Assembly (NCBI GenBank): GCA_963708185.1
Contig: OY970195.1
Coordinates: forward strand, 1,280,001 to 1,344,000
Direction: 5' to 3'
From: Candidatus Peregrinibacteria bacterium
Lineage (GTDB): Bacteria > Patescibacteriota > Gracilibacteria > UBA1369
DNA length: 64,000 bases
Positions 47,801-52,800 of this stretch are shown one piece after another. Under the pieces are notes generated by a model. That model did not search any database. It worked only from the letters and a program-made list of their open reading frames with translations, and was not told the origin of the DNA. Each line of letters opens with the position of its first letter. The stretch's first letter is position 1. The translations under genes and the position numbers were made by a program.

Positions 47801-48106
47801 ACAATCTTCGCTTGCAGGATCATAGCGTTTGAATCGTGGCGTACTTCCCGTCAACACATAGATGTAACCGTTTGCTTCAACCAGAGTGTTTCCGTTGCTT
47901 TGCAAGCTACAGTTGTTTGAAGATGTGGCGATCCAGGAGGAGGCCGGGAAAGCCAACGTCCCGTTCAAGAGTCCGGCAATGATCAGAGCCACAACAACAA
48001 ACGCACCTCCGAAAATGGCGACGCGATGTTTTTTGTTTTTTTGTACATGCTGGAATCTAGCACGTATCCATGCTGAAATTTTCGCGGGGAGGTTTTTATT
48101 TTCCAT
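29900..48106 (-). CDS. Giant 6068-aa surface protein: Kelch-like propeller array, IPT/TIG, DUF2341-like x2, LamG, invasin-type Ig (Big_1) repeats, a further propeller-like block, NIDO-like domain, WxL-like C-terminus
   Basis: Uninterrupted 18.2-kb ORF with N-terminal TM/signal. GG-x-L...IYAFxG...FWxY...W blades over about aa 60-2680; GxxRxDxxDIRF; WHHIVGTYDG...GQLDDVRIYNRALS; ADG...T.TATxxDxxxNPV repeats; LPFTFNFFGTNY. Confidence 0.9.
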   Translation of the reverse strand: MENKNLPAKISAWIRARFQHVQKNKKHRVAIFGGAFVVVALIIAGLLNGTLAFPASSWIATSSNNCSLQSNGNTLVEANGYIYVLTGSTPRFKRYDPASEDCDASTLADPGFATDGATMTAVDLDQDGTKDLLYVFPGGSGASVIYIYDIPNDKWILNTRAKATDSTTTLSAMAQPASPFQGSGNSIINVNGTLFIIETNGTFRKYDPSTNTLTDLAGNSFGNGASMVSIGNTLYALRTNNTFSSFDTTQTPGAWTTLASTPSVFNYGASLAVVGSEIYAFRGGNYKDFWRYDVANNRWNNAADGTIPASAPDGVGTGGSLVYPGSGDYIYGFQGANSRNFWRYSISGNTWDYSTLAKTPFKVGNGGSLTTDGTYLYASRGNGTKDFWKYTIDASPANPGTWTTLPEAPLDIGVNFTSGSASTDARGGITYIPTGASGGPEIFMVSGNATTSNNYGDFFRYALTGTNANSWPLVPLPTSLPNNGNYGASLSYPGPSAADPSGDFLYFLEGSNQAQFWKFSLLKNTWIAWNRATTTLNGKTVSISQNSPTAGGLFQQGSGTNMLEVNGKFYVMQANRHFQRYDPATNTWVELMDTPNYTSNGASMVKIDNNTIYAFMGNYSFSPAPSQEFWKYDIPSDTWIAFNIGKRESDGAIFDNSGTSQGNGNTIAQVNGEMYILPGGSSSTFEKYNPVSNTWIALASAPANASSGSSLSAVGTDIYYLPGQSAGNFYKYNALTNSWTTMTSLPAGTPTLAYVGSGASLAYPGSGDKIYAFKGWYSFNTYPNRQFWSYSISGNSWAQLADAPQPVGGGAALVGVSSDPANIYAMGGENSKNFWRYNITNNRWNDPGDGNIPPSTPDFVQTGGALATDGTNIFVTQGGFKKGFWDYSPSTNRWTNLQDSPVKVGQACTISVPGLCPVSLGGLTYSNDATNGGIWMVPGNGVTGVNTTQSGTDTDYRGLIYRYNTNTSSWVYYQRPSSAPAAVNSGGSLTYPGSGNLIYALKGGTSNAKDLWIYDMSANQWRSMYQAKKDDGTPLSQDNFITNTSNVTTAANQGNGNAIAEANGAFYVLQGNSNKTFQRYDPTTNTWTQLADAPNFINAGARLMEKDSNTLYAFSGGAQGSNNFWKYDIPSNTWFSFNLGQDDNGTPFSQSGTNQSTGNTIVQLGGDMYVLAGSSQTFEKYSPGTNTWTTLEPSPVSATDTPSMVAIGTNIYMEPGSCSPSSSTPCFFQYNPQTNSWTPSSTIANGALRGAPLSWGSGATLEYPGSGDYIFALRGSTTNTFWKYCFQSSGSTPSATVCSPSQVGYWSGETGPSPVVTTPAAAPSTVTAGGSMASIGSNIYAFGGNNTTNFWRYNITNDRWNDAADGDVPDSAPEGVESGGALTSDGSYIYGTKGANSVMFWRYDPTATAGSRWIHQPNAPAKMGGTTTSSGKGGLTYYTYIDGSSNTRKEIWMVSGNGRNGFTPPISADPEAGGLIFRYSISGGASPSSWTYTPGTAYIGIGPSSGSSLTYYTPNGHIYAFTSNGSTTFWEYNPTTNEWNGSNKAKLESGDPISQSIFSQGGGNNMVLTGNKLYVLQGNNTQNFQQYDPSTNQWTLLENPPAVVTDGSTMVSTDSDTIYAFRGGSTTAFWQYKISTGHWTVMATTPATVGAGGSLVYPGSGNYIYAFEGNNTTAFWRYDITTDTWNSGGAGVTPAAVYGGGSLVYPGSGNYIYAFQGNNATSFWRYDVTTAWPPSSGNWTTTLSGAPATVLSGGSLTSDGGNTLYAVRGDNTTDTWTYDISGNTWTILGAPKTTPVNVGTASTSLAKGDLVYVPSGTYAGQSTGGELFLVSGNGTAGNISTSTVGTLFRYALSGPSAGTWPIKLAPAATQFGTGGGASLSSPTSSTLIYGLTGGATTNFVSYNPDVNEWNAAVRAKLDNDVPVSNAGGNQGVGNCVVPVNKKLYILAGASTTFQQYDPATNQWTNLESLPAAAGDGASMVSTDADTIYALRGGNSTNSYVYKISTGHWTALGNTPATILTGGALGYSGSGNFIYAFRGGSNNTIYQYDITQTAPGSWTTASFTAPANVSAGGAMVSAGGAIYATTGNSSNFYRYTAAGGWVAMSSAPWPLQSGGSLSSNGTQIWASRGAGTSDIRKYCTTTDADCTAGNWAAANIAAFPTNIGTNSTINARGGLAYVDPCALTSCAVLYGVSGNGTTGNGINSIGLLFRYPFTGTNANTWPVTVNLTQPPGTIGAGGSMVTDNSSTLYVSRGGNTSDMYKYTITPNGAGSWTALTSFPTGFGGNSIIGGQLAYTTSGPSGGPEIFAVSGAGTSGTLVGANTNQVVSSGVYQGNPGRGLIFRYPLTGANANTWPITSAPPPQVQVGATTYDIGGGGSLSSIGTNIYTLQGNSTLNFLNYNITNSPYSGDGTWSLLTSVPTGSATVNVGGSIVNDGTNLYVSKGNSTGEIYRYSTGGGVWSTLSSAPVNIGTSSNGGDIAYTANGPSGGPELFATTGKGTTFNTESYGQGYTGLLYRYVIGSDSWPFDYEAADLPASTNTFGGGSDIVSTPDGSTIYALRGNSSPTVANPNFWKFIPSSTGKGTWTAMTNLPNNTTPLDIQSGGSIVATDNNTLYALRGKATTDFYRYDVGAGTWTAQSAFPVNVGSASTSNDTGELAYDSTYGSLYATPGNDTTAPYTIYKYGLSRLVVTAVTKTGGGTPVAGQSMDVTVQRLDQNDNPLTSGDMQFTVSLKTGNGSLGGTITGNITNGNSSTTITGTTYSIADGGVVLTASDTTSPANPTTLAPGDSDPFSVDPPAPQITSLNVTSGPTDGRTGVTISGSDFTNYYIRPITINNPGSALSGYQVQVIMDTASLINAGKMRPDCGDIRFTDSIPSTSLGSYGSGSIPHMAYWLEPNTCDTISTKFWVYVGFSLNSGDNTIYANYGDFRLSDESSGTNTFIFYDDFTGTTIDTGKWTKVDASSSCTQTSYFSQNEKLLTSGGPFNFGCNGIYSNLNFDRSSAIELEMDYKTINNGNFVIGWKDTTTGTSGTSVVNRSNFVHSFYSNSTGSDDVYENNVNKGTSLNSQNWVANQQYKLKIILYPSGGAIYQRSTDNGNSWVTWMDTTSGGLTTTPVKIGFGDYSGQVEIDNVKVREYTANEPTATIGTESPTLTVSIGDLTPSAAVNSVTSGNINVTTNGPNNTGAFDTVVTDSDGQTITLPNSFTFNDPTFTSIDPDNGVPAGGTAVTITGTNFTPSDYTLPVTISNNSASTLADYQASFTVDTASLIETGKMTRDGRDIRFFDSDGTTPITNFWIEGPMDSAATKIWVKVPIIAASGNTTIYMHYSGDTSLTSQSNTTNTFIREIDTGSNKGAWPMDEVSGTTVTDSSGNGNTGTMEGTNAGTNVVSGKFNNARSFNGSNNDIDAGNASPLGIGGALTVEVWENMTTTGYYPRMVSNVSACCTYNGYELLFNGSNPPTPFLELANNGTETTVTAASTVAINSGWHHIVGTYDGTYARIYIDGNLSNTAQLNQAIGVSTTNLQIGHWINGGSSYYFPGQLDDVRIYNRALSAAEITDLYNNNGYTTTNSPGKVLVRKFQHQAANPNLESVSAIVGTATGSIPVQFDTSSATVSDANNTTVLAVTPAHTAATVPVAVTNLDGANATGSFIYGVPPNPTSVSPNQASINGGDTVDVYGTDFVATPQVLFDGTASSSVTFIDSTHLQALVPAHTGTGPVDVQVINPNTQQGTLTGGFSYTTITDPNNSTVVASPTNNLEDDGVDTSTVTVTLLDSSTPTPQPAPDKTVQLAASNVPSGGSVLIDAVNCSTGASLNNVPPDEATTGADGKACFKVSTSPASARGTSGTYTFQATDITTSPITVVQTADVTFVDLIANKTNSTFTAPGGSVAADGVSTKLLTATILNKNNVIVDGNTVSVSQVSGPGTATISAVTNPTNTSGVATFNVSTTTIGTYTFEATASSGTVTMDDPADIVTVDFTAGPTDPSTPHSTLTADTATVAADNANTATLTGLFRDQFDNPVIDTTVSFSQTSGPASSTITPVDCPNPEPAGSTTNKTNTNGKACATVVANLAGVYVFQATDTDNSVTLNQTVSITYTGPTQANSTIAASSSTVAANGLNSSTITMTLKDASNNLFGGRTVTMTKTPGLPTDGINAVDCSTGATLGGNSTTSDGNGQACFKVTNTSRGSFTYQAVNTTEGTPTLSTNISFVEGPAWDTNGNTIANAVNDDSTYAAPTRTKVLRTTDGSYITIWMDNRSGSTYSLFAQKYNSSGAPQWTPSSGLQLFDGSTVSAGQWGEPEIISDNSTGAFVTWIALNSGTSQYELQGRHVSSTGSFLWGASPKVVLNATHGGTYLSGPGEDAGYSIIADGTGGAFIAYRDYNLSNYYKSVTRIDSSGNVVTGDATSWPTRLGIGSTCSGGAFIDLSLVSPGVVRAAYPDESDVVGFCIGVNSDVNINISTLNSTTDYIANEGRINIRTNVSADTGLTPYTCNYSNPVHGTQESKSQWNERSFPDGSGGAYTLLADDCTTSTSLDDGMLYLHYGSDVSTNQVWNVQLTDLATLNSSGKYDAISDGNGGIFIVYLRTDGVFAQHYINNGGTPQSLFTGGTAVRLPGSIYSWKLVSGPTTGTAYVLFNDSGNGGTLGMKAVLLNSDGSFASAFGSSGLHIHNVMGYYIGDLNYAVYATNASELRTAISDGSGGLVAVGEGSTHGFANTPYINDVDNYILNVNSSGVLQWGTADDIEISPGADVQNTILETQQNQKMVTTSNNDTIVAWEDEADQSYYGSSYPPLASEFYSRLTHYGQHVPVADKIGPDGTSIWNPAYPGRGVPAVYNDTSTTTDHTNLSIAADQTSNTPNGGLLMAWKNVISNGTSTLFAQKLDSSGKRNTTWGGGNDNGRQMNTPGSNNSTPQILSDGNGGAFVAWISDSGTFPKADVVVGRIVSTDGTYDSNWGSNYKNVTNTNGLVESNPKMVRSGGYLYIAYEEDNTAGGRASDIYMAKVNETTGSTISAFYLVAITNTDEHLLDMNVDGNGNINILYSDDGGTGGKHRIIAKKMDTTGGTFWTTVVSSTADDNLNGRMASDNNNGMIVTWEQYDATGTASDIAVQRLDINGNKLWNDGDVISNSSQTVLKQNPHIVRDGSNSPYANDGAVITWDQANSGGTANYIYTQRVVNGIAQWDTNGMQITNTARFDQYPLILGDDNGGGIITWQGHASPPDIFGQSVIEGDHAYNSTFVKATSLTHVADGSDSELVTATLLDESGNPVTGRTITVNEILGNPANSTITPTVCASGGSAGVTNSSGESCATITSTEVGTLTFSATDTTDANNYNTITPTVSITFTAQPPTATNSTFVANPAPPASVAADGTSTALLTATMMDTNDNPVAGETVTVAQTAGPVSLTPSATPCNAGDIAGVTNSSGQACFLVSSTTIGTYTFQATDTTSSVVVTQTADVLFSAGDPDPNTSSFIANPTSVPNDGVTTSTLTATVRDIYNNPVTGANISVSKISANAGTPTFDHTSTTTNNAGVATFAVSNTTLGTDTYAATLDDVSTPGGYAEQSVTHIVPGSGGTWTSVFTDTANHDDDTAAVALPFTFNFFGTNYTTAYMCSNGYIQFTGGTCSYQTSSFGSGSGLPRIAGYFNDLYFGYGVDTMEYDATSIPGEVRFHFNLENCCGGGSPTHDFEIDLFSDGHIDYHYADTSGQSGEVIGIDSGTASSGCTDSTYCVRSSLSSTNVTTQSTEFAVGSGGPPQITQTADVTYLNAPGSNSTITANPTAVPNDNTTASTITVNLLDDSDNPIVGSVVTISQTAGPGSPTVTPALCASGGSTAGTTNTNGDACFTVTSDTVGVDTFSATDVTDGNTTISSTVDIEFTCAVGTPGSGNTSCGIITITPNTGSLSITKIPDSFSFPDSYPGGESFNNATGPDDGDRVTVQDTRNSGGFTLELQASTNFADINNASNTIPLTDLYVATSTPTDDTTDANGLSCNGIQYLETPAIPDCANVTSPINAQFNILGGFGTSTTYTNLTGNTVDAAVDLMQTATNHNGSYSQFVNYYLSIPQATNIGNYQVTLTFTAL

Positions 48107-48243
48107 GGTTTTTCGATAAAGCTTTATTTTTCTTTTCTATATATTTTATACTATTTTCCCTTTTTCATCAACTTGTTTACACAGTAAAGAGGCCGAGAGG
48201 AAGCCACTTTCGATTCCAATTAGCTTGACATTTTATATAAATA

Positions 48244-48333
48244 TGGCGGAGAGAGAGGGATTCGAACCCTCGATACCCTTGCAGGTATACCCGCCTTCCA
48301 AGCGGGCGCACTCGACCACTATGCGATCTCTCC
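48244..48333 (-). tRNA. tRNA-Ser(GGA)
   Basis: GGAGAGATCGCATAGTGG...CCCGC-TTGGAAG-GCGGG, long variable arm, GGTTCGAATCC, encoded CCA. Confidence 0.96.
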
Positions 48334-48340
48334 TCATTTT

Positions 48341-48420
48341 TAGCGGCGGAAGTGGATCCCGCGAGACCCAAACATCCCTCGCTCGGCCTTGCGGCCTCGC
48401 CTTCACTCCGCTCGGTTTTT
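48341..48420. repeat. Dispersed palindromic repeat element, copy 2 (intergenic, between rpmB and tRNA-Ser)
   Basis: Collinear similarity with 23536-23607. Confidence 0.8.
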
Positions 48421-48421
48421 T

Positions 48422-48449
48422 AAAATCCCGCAGAGTGCCGCGGGATTTT
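48422..48449 (-). terminator. Intrinsic terminator downstream of rpmB
   Basis: AAAATCCCGC-8 nt-GCGGGATTTT. Confidence 0.7.
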
Positions 48450-48473
48450 GTTTTTGTTCACAAATTCTTTGAT

Positions 48474-48713
48474 CTATCGAGCTTTTTTTGCAACCAGTTT
48501 TTTCACGAGTTTTCCGTATTTTGCTGGATTCTTGAGCAGGGTGCGCTGTGCGCGGACGCTGATCTTAAGCTTCACCGATTTTCCAGTTTTTGGATCAATG
48601 AACTTTTTCGTGGTAAGGTTCGGGTTATAACGGCGTCTGGTTTTGCGGTTGGAATGGCTGATGTTGTTTCCGACCTGGGGGCGCTTGCCGCTGAGCTGGC
48701 ATACTTGTGACAT
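48474..48713 (-). CDS. rpmB: 50S ribosomal protein L28
   Basis: MSxVCQLSGKRPxxGNNISHSNRKTRRRxxPNL. Confidence 0.95.
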   Translation of the reverse strand: MSQVCQLSGKRPQVGNNISHSNRKTRRRYNPNLTTKKFIDPKTGKSVKLKISVRAQRTLLKNPAKYGKLVKKLVAKKAR

Positions 48714-48857
48714 AGTGACGGATTAGTGAGTAGATTTTTTGGAAAAGTTATTTGGGTGCGTATCCTCTTTTCGTTATCGCGCTGCGGTTGACGGTTCGGC
48801 TGTTGTAAAAAATGCTTTTGCAGTTTACCATTGTTCTGACTTTTTTCAAGCAAAATC

Positions 48858-49481
48858 ATGATCACGGAGATTTATTTTTTGGTAGCTCTTGTGCTGGTTG
48901 TCACCATCCATGAGTTCAGCCATGCCTTCGTGGCCAAAAAACTGGGTGATCCGACGGCTCAGATTGCCGGAAGGCTCACCTTAAACCCTCTCGCTCATCT
49001 GGATCTCGTGGGGACGATCATGTTGTTTTTGATCCACATCGGATGGGGAAAACCCGTGCCCGTGAATCCGCATTATTTCAAGAATCCCAAGCGCGATGAG
49101 GCTTTGACGGCTTTAGCCGGACCGCTTTCAAGTCTCATCCTTGCGGCGGTGTTGACGCTTCCGGTCAAATACCTGGCCCTGGTGATGCCGGTTTTTGTTT
49201 TTCAGTTTTTATCCACGGTACTTGATGTTTCTCTGGTGCTTTTTATTTTCAATATGTTGCCTTTTCCTCCGCTTGACGGATCAAAGATCGTCGGCATCAT
49301 CATTCCGCACAGATTCCATCACGTTTACCAGAACTATCTGAGAAACGGCATGATGTATTTCGCGATTTTTTTACTTTTCGACCAATTTGTGTTGGTGAAT
49401 ATCTTGAATTTTTCGATTATGCAGTATGTCATTGGTACTGTGTTCACTTTTCTCAAGACATTACTCTTCCTGGGCACCTAG
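48858..49481 (+). CDS. Site-2 protease family (M50) metalloprotease
   Basis: HEFSH, GDPTA...GRLTLNP, AGP and FNMLPFPPLDG motifs. Confidence 0.92.
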   Translation: MITEIYFLVALVLVVTIHEFSHAFVAKKLGDPTAQIAGRLTLNPLAHLDLVGTIMLFLIHIGWGKPVPVNPHYFKNPKRDEALTALAGPLSSLILAAVLTLPVKYLALVMPVFVFQFLSTVLDVSLVLFIFNMLPFPPLDGSKIVGIIIPHRFHHVYQNYLRNGMMYFAIFLLFDQFVLVNILNFSIMQYVIGTVFTFLKTLLFLGT

Positions 49482-49546
49482 GTTTAGTAGGTGAGTTTTT
49501 CAGAACCTACAATACCTAGTTATGTCTTCTGTAAGCCAAAAACCCC

Positions 49547-49575
49547 TTGCAAACTTTTGGGGAATTTGTTATATT
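49547..49575 (+). promoter_or_regulatory. Sigma70-type promoter of the putative 6S RNA
   Basis: TTGCAA-17 nt-TATATT with no downstream ORF on the + strand. Confidence 0.6.
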
Positions 49576-49581
49576 TTGAAC

Positions 49582-49735
49582 ACTTTCTGTTTTGCTCGCT
49601 CTAAACCTCAAATACTCTCTCTTCACATCATTTAAGGGAGTCCGAGATTTTCCAACCCCGTGGGGTTGGCATGAGGGCACCCACACTGGATACTGGGGGT
49701 TTAGTATCCTGGGGTTTGGCGGCACGATGGATCAT
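49582..49735 (+). ncRNA. ssrS: Probable 6S (SsrS) RNA
   Basis: GGGAGTCCGA...GAGGGCACCCAC...GGCGGCAC motifs resemble Firmicutes-type 6S RNA. 5' CTAAACCTCA/ATACT pairs with 3' AGTAT/TGGGGTTTGG; apical hairpin CCAACCCC-GT-GGGGTTGG; flanked by promoter and terminator. Confidence 0.7.
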
Positions 49736-49755
49736 CACTTATTTTAAGAAAAAAT

Positions 49756-49788
49756 AAAAGGGGCTTCCAAAACCCGAAGCCCCTTTTT
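49756..49788. terminator. Bidirectional intrinsic terminator
   Basis: AAAAGGGGCTTC-8 nt-GAAGCCCCTTTTT. Confidence 0.8.
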
Positions 49789-49810
49789 GTTGAAGAAGTT
49801 TGTCTTATGA

Positions 49811-52800
49811 TTACGTCGGGATGAGCGTGAAGGTAAAGGTCACGGTGTAGGTTCCCGCCGGTATATTTGAACCGTAGGCGCTGATATATGACGGAAGATC
49901 TACGGCGTAACTGATGTTTTGCGATGCCGTGCAGCGGCGTGCGGCGGCAGGGGCTGACATGAGGACGACCGGGGTCGTCGTGTCGCCCGTGCCAAGCGTG
50001 CTTCCAAGAACGCTGAAGGTGGAAAGGGCTCCGAGGTCGGGAGGTCCGCCCGCTGAGTCCGCATTGACCGAGCCGGTAATGTCGTTGGTCGGTCCGCTGC
50101 AGTCCGCAGCATATTCAATACCGTTTGTGGTGTCATCGATCGTACCCGAATTGCGGGGGAGTGTGCTCACGACGTAAAGATAATCCAGAGGAATGGTGTT
50201 CGCGTTGTCCGCCGTCGCGAATGGACTTGCCGAAAGCTGGACTTCAAATCCCGCTCCCGCGTCATCGCGGAGATCGGAGACGCTCAACGTATCCATGGCA
50301 TCGGCTCCGCCGGCATTGTTGAAGCTGGGAAGATTCGTGTTGTTCTGGGCGTTGGTGAATGCGGTGTTATCCGGGATGTCGGTGAAGGAAAGTGTTCCGG
50401 CCTGGATGGTCGTGGATGCGCAGCTTTCGTTGCTAGCAATCGGTCCGCAAGCTCCATAACAGTCCGTATCGGGAGTAGAATTATTCGCACAATATGTTTC
50501 GGCTGTGCAGAGTCCGTCGGTCTGGCAGTCGCACGCATCACCAAGAGTATCGGGGTTAGTGGCTGTGCTGTAAATTTCACCGTTGCCGTCACGATACGAT
50601 ATGAAGGCGACTTTTGTTCCGTCTGGATTGAAAATGGGATTATCTTCATTTGATGCTGGGGCGACAGAGAGATTGGTTTGGTTTCCGCCGTCACTGTCCA
50701 TGATGTAGATTTCGTCGTTGCCGCCAGGATTCGTGTAGAAAGCGATTTTTGTTCCGTCAGGGCTGTAGGTAGGGGCGTCTGCAACGGCAGCAGGAGTGAG
50801 GCTGGTTTGATTGGATCCGTTGACGTCCATGGTGAAGATTTCGTCCGGTCCGTTGCGGTCCGATATGAAGAGAATTTTTGTTCCATCCGGACTGAAAGCC
50901 TGGGGGTAATCGTTGTAGGTCCCGGTTGTCAGCTGCGTCTGGTTGGTTCCGTCAGCATCCATGATGAAAATTTTGTTGCCGCTGCCGGAATCTGAAGCAT
51001 AGGCAATTTTTGTTCCGTCGGCGCTGACGACGGCCCTGAATTCACTTCCCAGTGCGGTGTTTGTTAAGTTTGTCTGATTGGTTCCGTTCGAATCCATTGA
51101 GTAGATTTCGTCGTTTCCGTCCCGGTCGGAGAAAAAGTAAATTTTCGTTCCGTCCGGACTTATTCCGACGATGCCATCATTGAAACCCGGATCGTTCGTC
51201 AGATTGGTGACCCCGCTCCCGTCACTATTTATGCTGTAAACATCGAATCGTGATCCTGACGGTTGTGATTCGAAATAGATTTTCGTTCCGTCTGGACTGA
51301 AAAAAGGAGCGTCTTCACTGGTTGTTGGGGTGTTGGTAAGATCGAGCTGGTTTCTTCCATCGGAGTCCATAATGTAGATGTCGCTCGTAGAATCCGTATA
51401 TGAATATGAGGAGTAGGCGATCTTGGTTCCGTCCGGGCTGTATTTCGGTTCGGATTCGTCGGAATTGGACATGTTCGTCAGGTTGGTTGAGGATCCGGGG
51501 CCGTCGGTATTTTCCTGTCCGGGGTTTGGTACGGTCGGGCAGTTATCTGTGCTGTCGGGAACTCCGTCGCCGTCGGAATCACTTCCGCTTGTATAAGTAA
51601 AACCGTTCGTCAATGTCGAGCTTGAACGTCCGTCGGAAATGACGACGTCAACGGCTCCCGCGGCGTGTGCCGGCGTGTCGGCGGTAATAGTGTTTGAATC
51701 GATGAAGGTGACGTTGGTCGCCGAGAGCCCGTCAAAGGTGACAGTCATGCCCACCAGGGTGAAATAAGCACCGCTGATCGTGACAGTCGTTCCGCCGGCA
51801 TCGGATCCGCTGTTCGGACTGACGCAGTTCAGGGTGAACGAAATCTGGACGGGATTGGGTTGGTCGGCATCCGTTCCTCCGCCTGTTCCGTTGGTGGCAT
51901 TGCCGAGCTGTCCGTTGCTGTTGGCTCCCCACGTCCAGACGGTTCCGTCGGTTTTTACGGCCATTGAGTGTGTGTTGCCGGCCGCGATGGCGACTGCTCC
52001 GGAAAAGAAATTTGAAGATTCTGTTACTTCTGCCGGAACCAGTGAGGTTGTACCAACCGGGGTGTCGCTCCCGAGCTGTCCGTTGGTGTTGCTGCCCCAT
52101 GTCCAGACGGTGTTGTCGTCTTTCAATGCCATGGAATGGAATCTTCCTGCAGAAATTGACGTTACGTTGCTCAGGAATCCTGAACCGTCCGAAGGGTCGG
52201 TGACTTCGCTGACATCTTCATTTGAAGACGTGGTTCCAATACCCAGTTCTCCTTCGAGGTTGGTTCCCCAGGCCCAGACGTTTCCATTGAAATCCAATGC
52301 AAGGACGTGCTGTCTTCCCGCTGAAATTGCAGCAATGTTGTTGAGAGGGGCGGGGATTCTTCCAACCACGACGTCCACCGGGACGTTTTGTAAAGTGGTG
52401 TCGCCGTCTCCAAGTTCTTTATGGTTGTTGTAGCCCCAGGCTTTGACAGTCCCGCTATTTGTTAACGCATAGGACTGGAGTCTTCCTCCACTGACTTGAT
52501 AGACATTTTGTAAAAATCCCGAACCGTCCGAAGGGTCGGTCACCTGAATCGGTACGTTGCTGCTTCCTCCAGTGGTGCCCTGGCCGAGTTCTCCGTCGGT
52601 ATTGAGACCCCATGCCCAGACGGTTCCGTCGTTTTTCGCTGCAAGAGAATGAAATCTTCCGTTAGAAATGGAGTTCACGTTTTGGAGGAATCCACTTCCG
52701 TCTGAAGGGTCCGTGACCTGCACGGCAACGTGGCTGTCTGTATTATTCCCGATGCCGAGTTCTCCGTCGCTGTTGTAGCCCCATGCCCAAACGGTTCCGT

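Noticed and set aside
40060-47930. CRISPR array or DNA-level tandem repeat
   Set aside because: The periodicity is protein-level (Kelch-like blades) within one ORF; there are no identical repeats with unique spacers and no cas genes.
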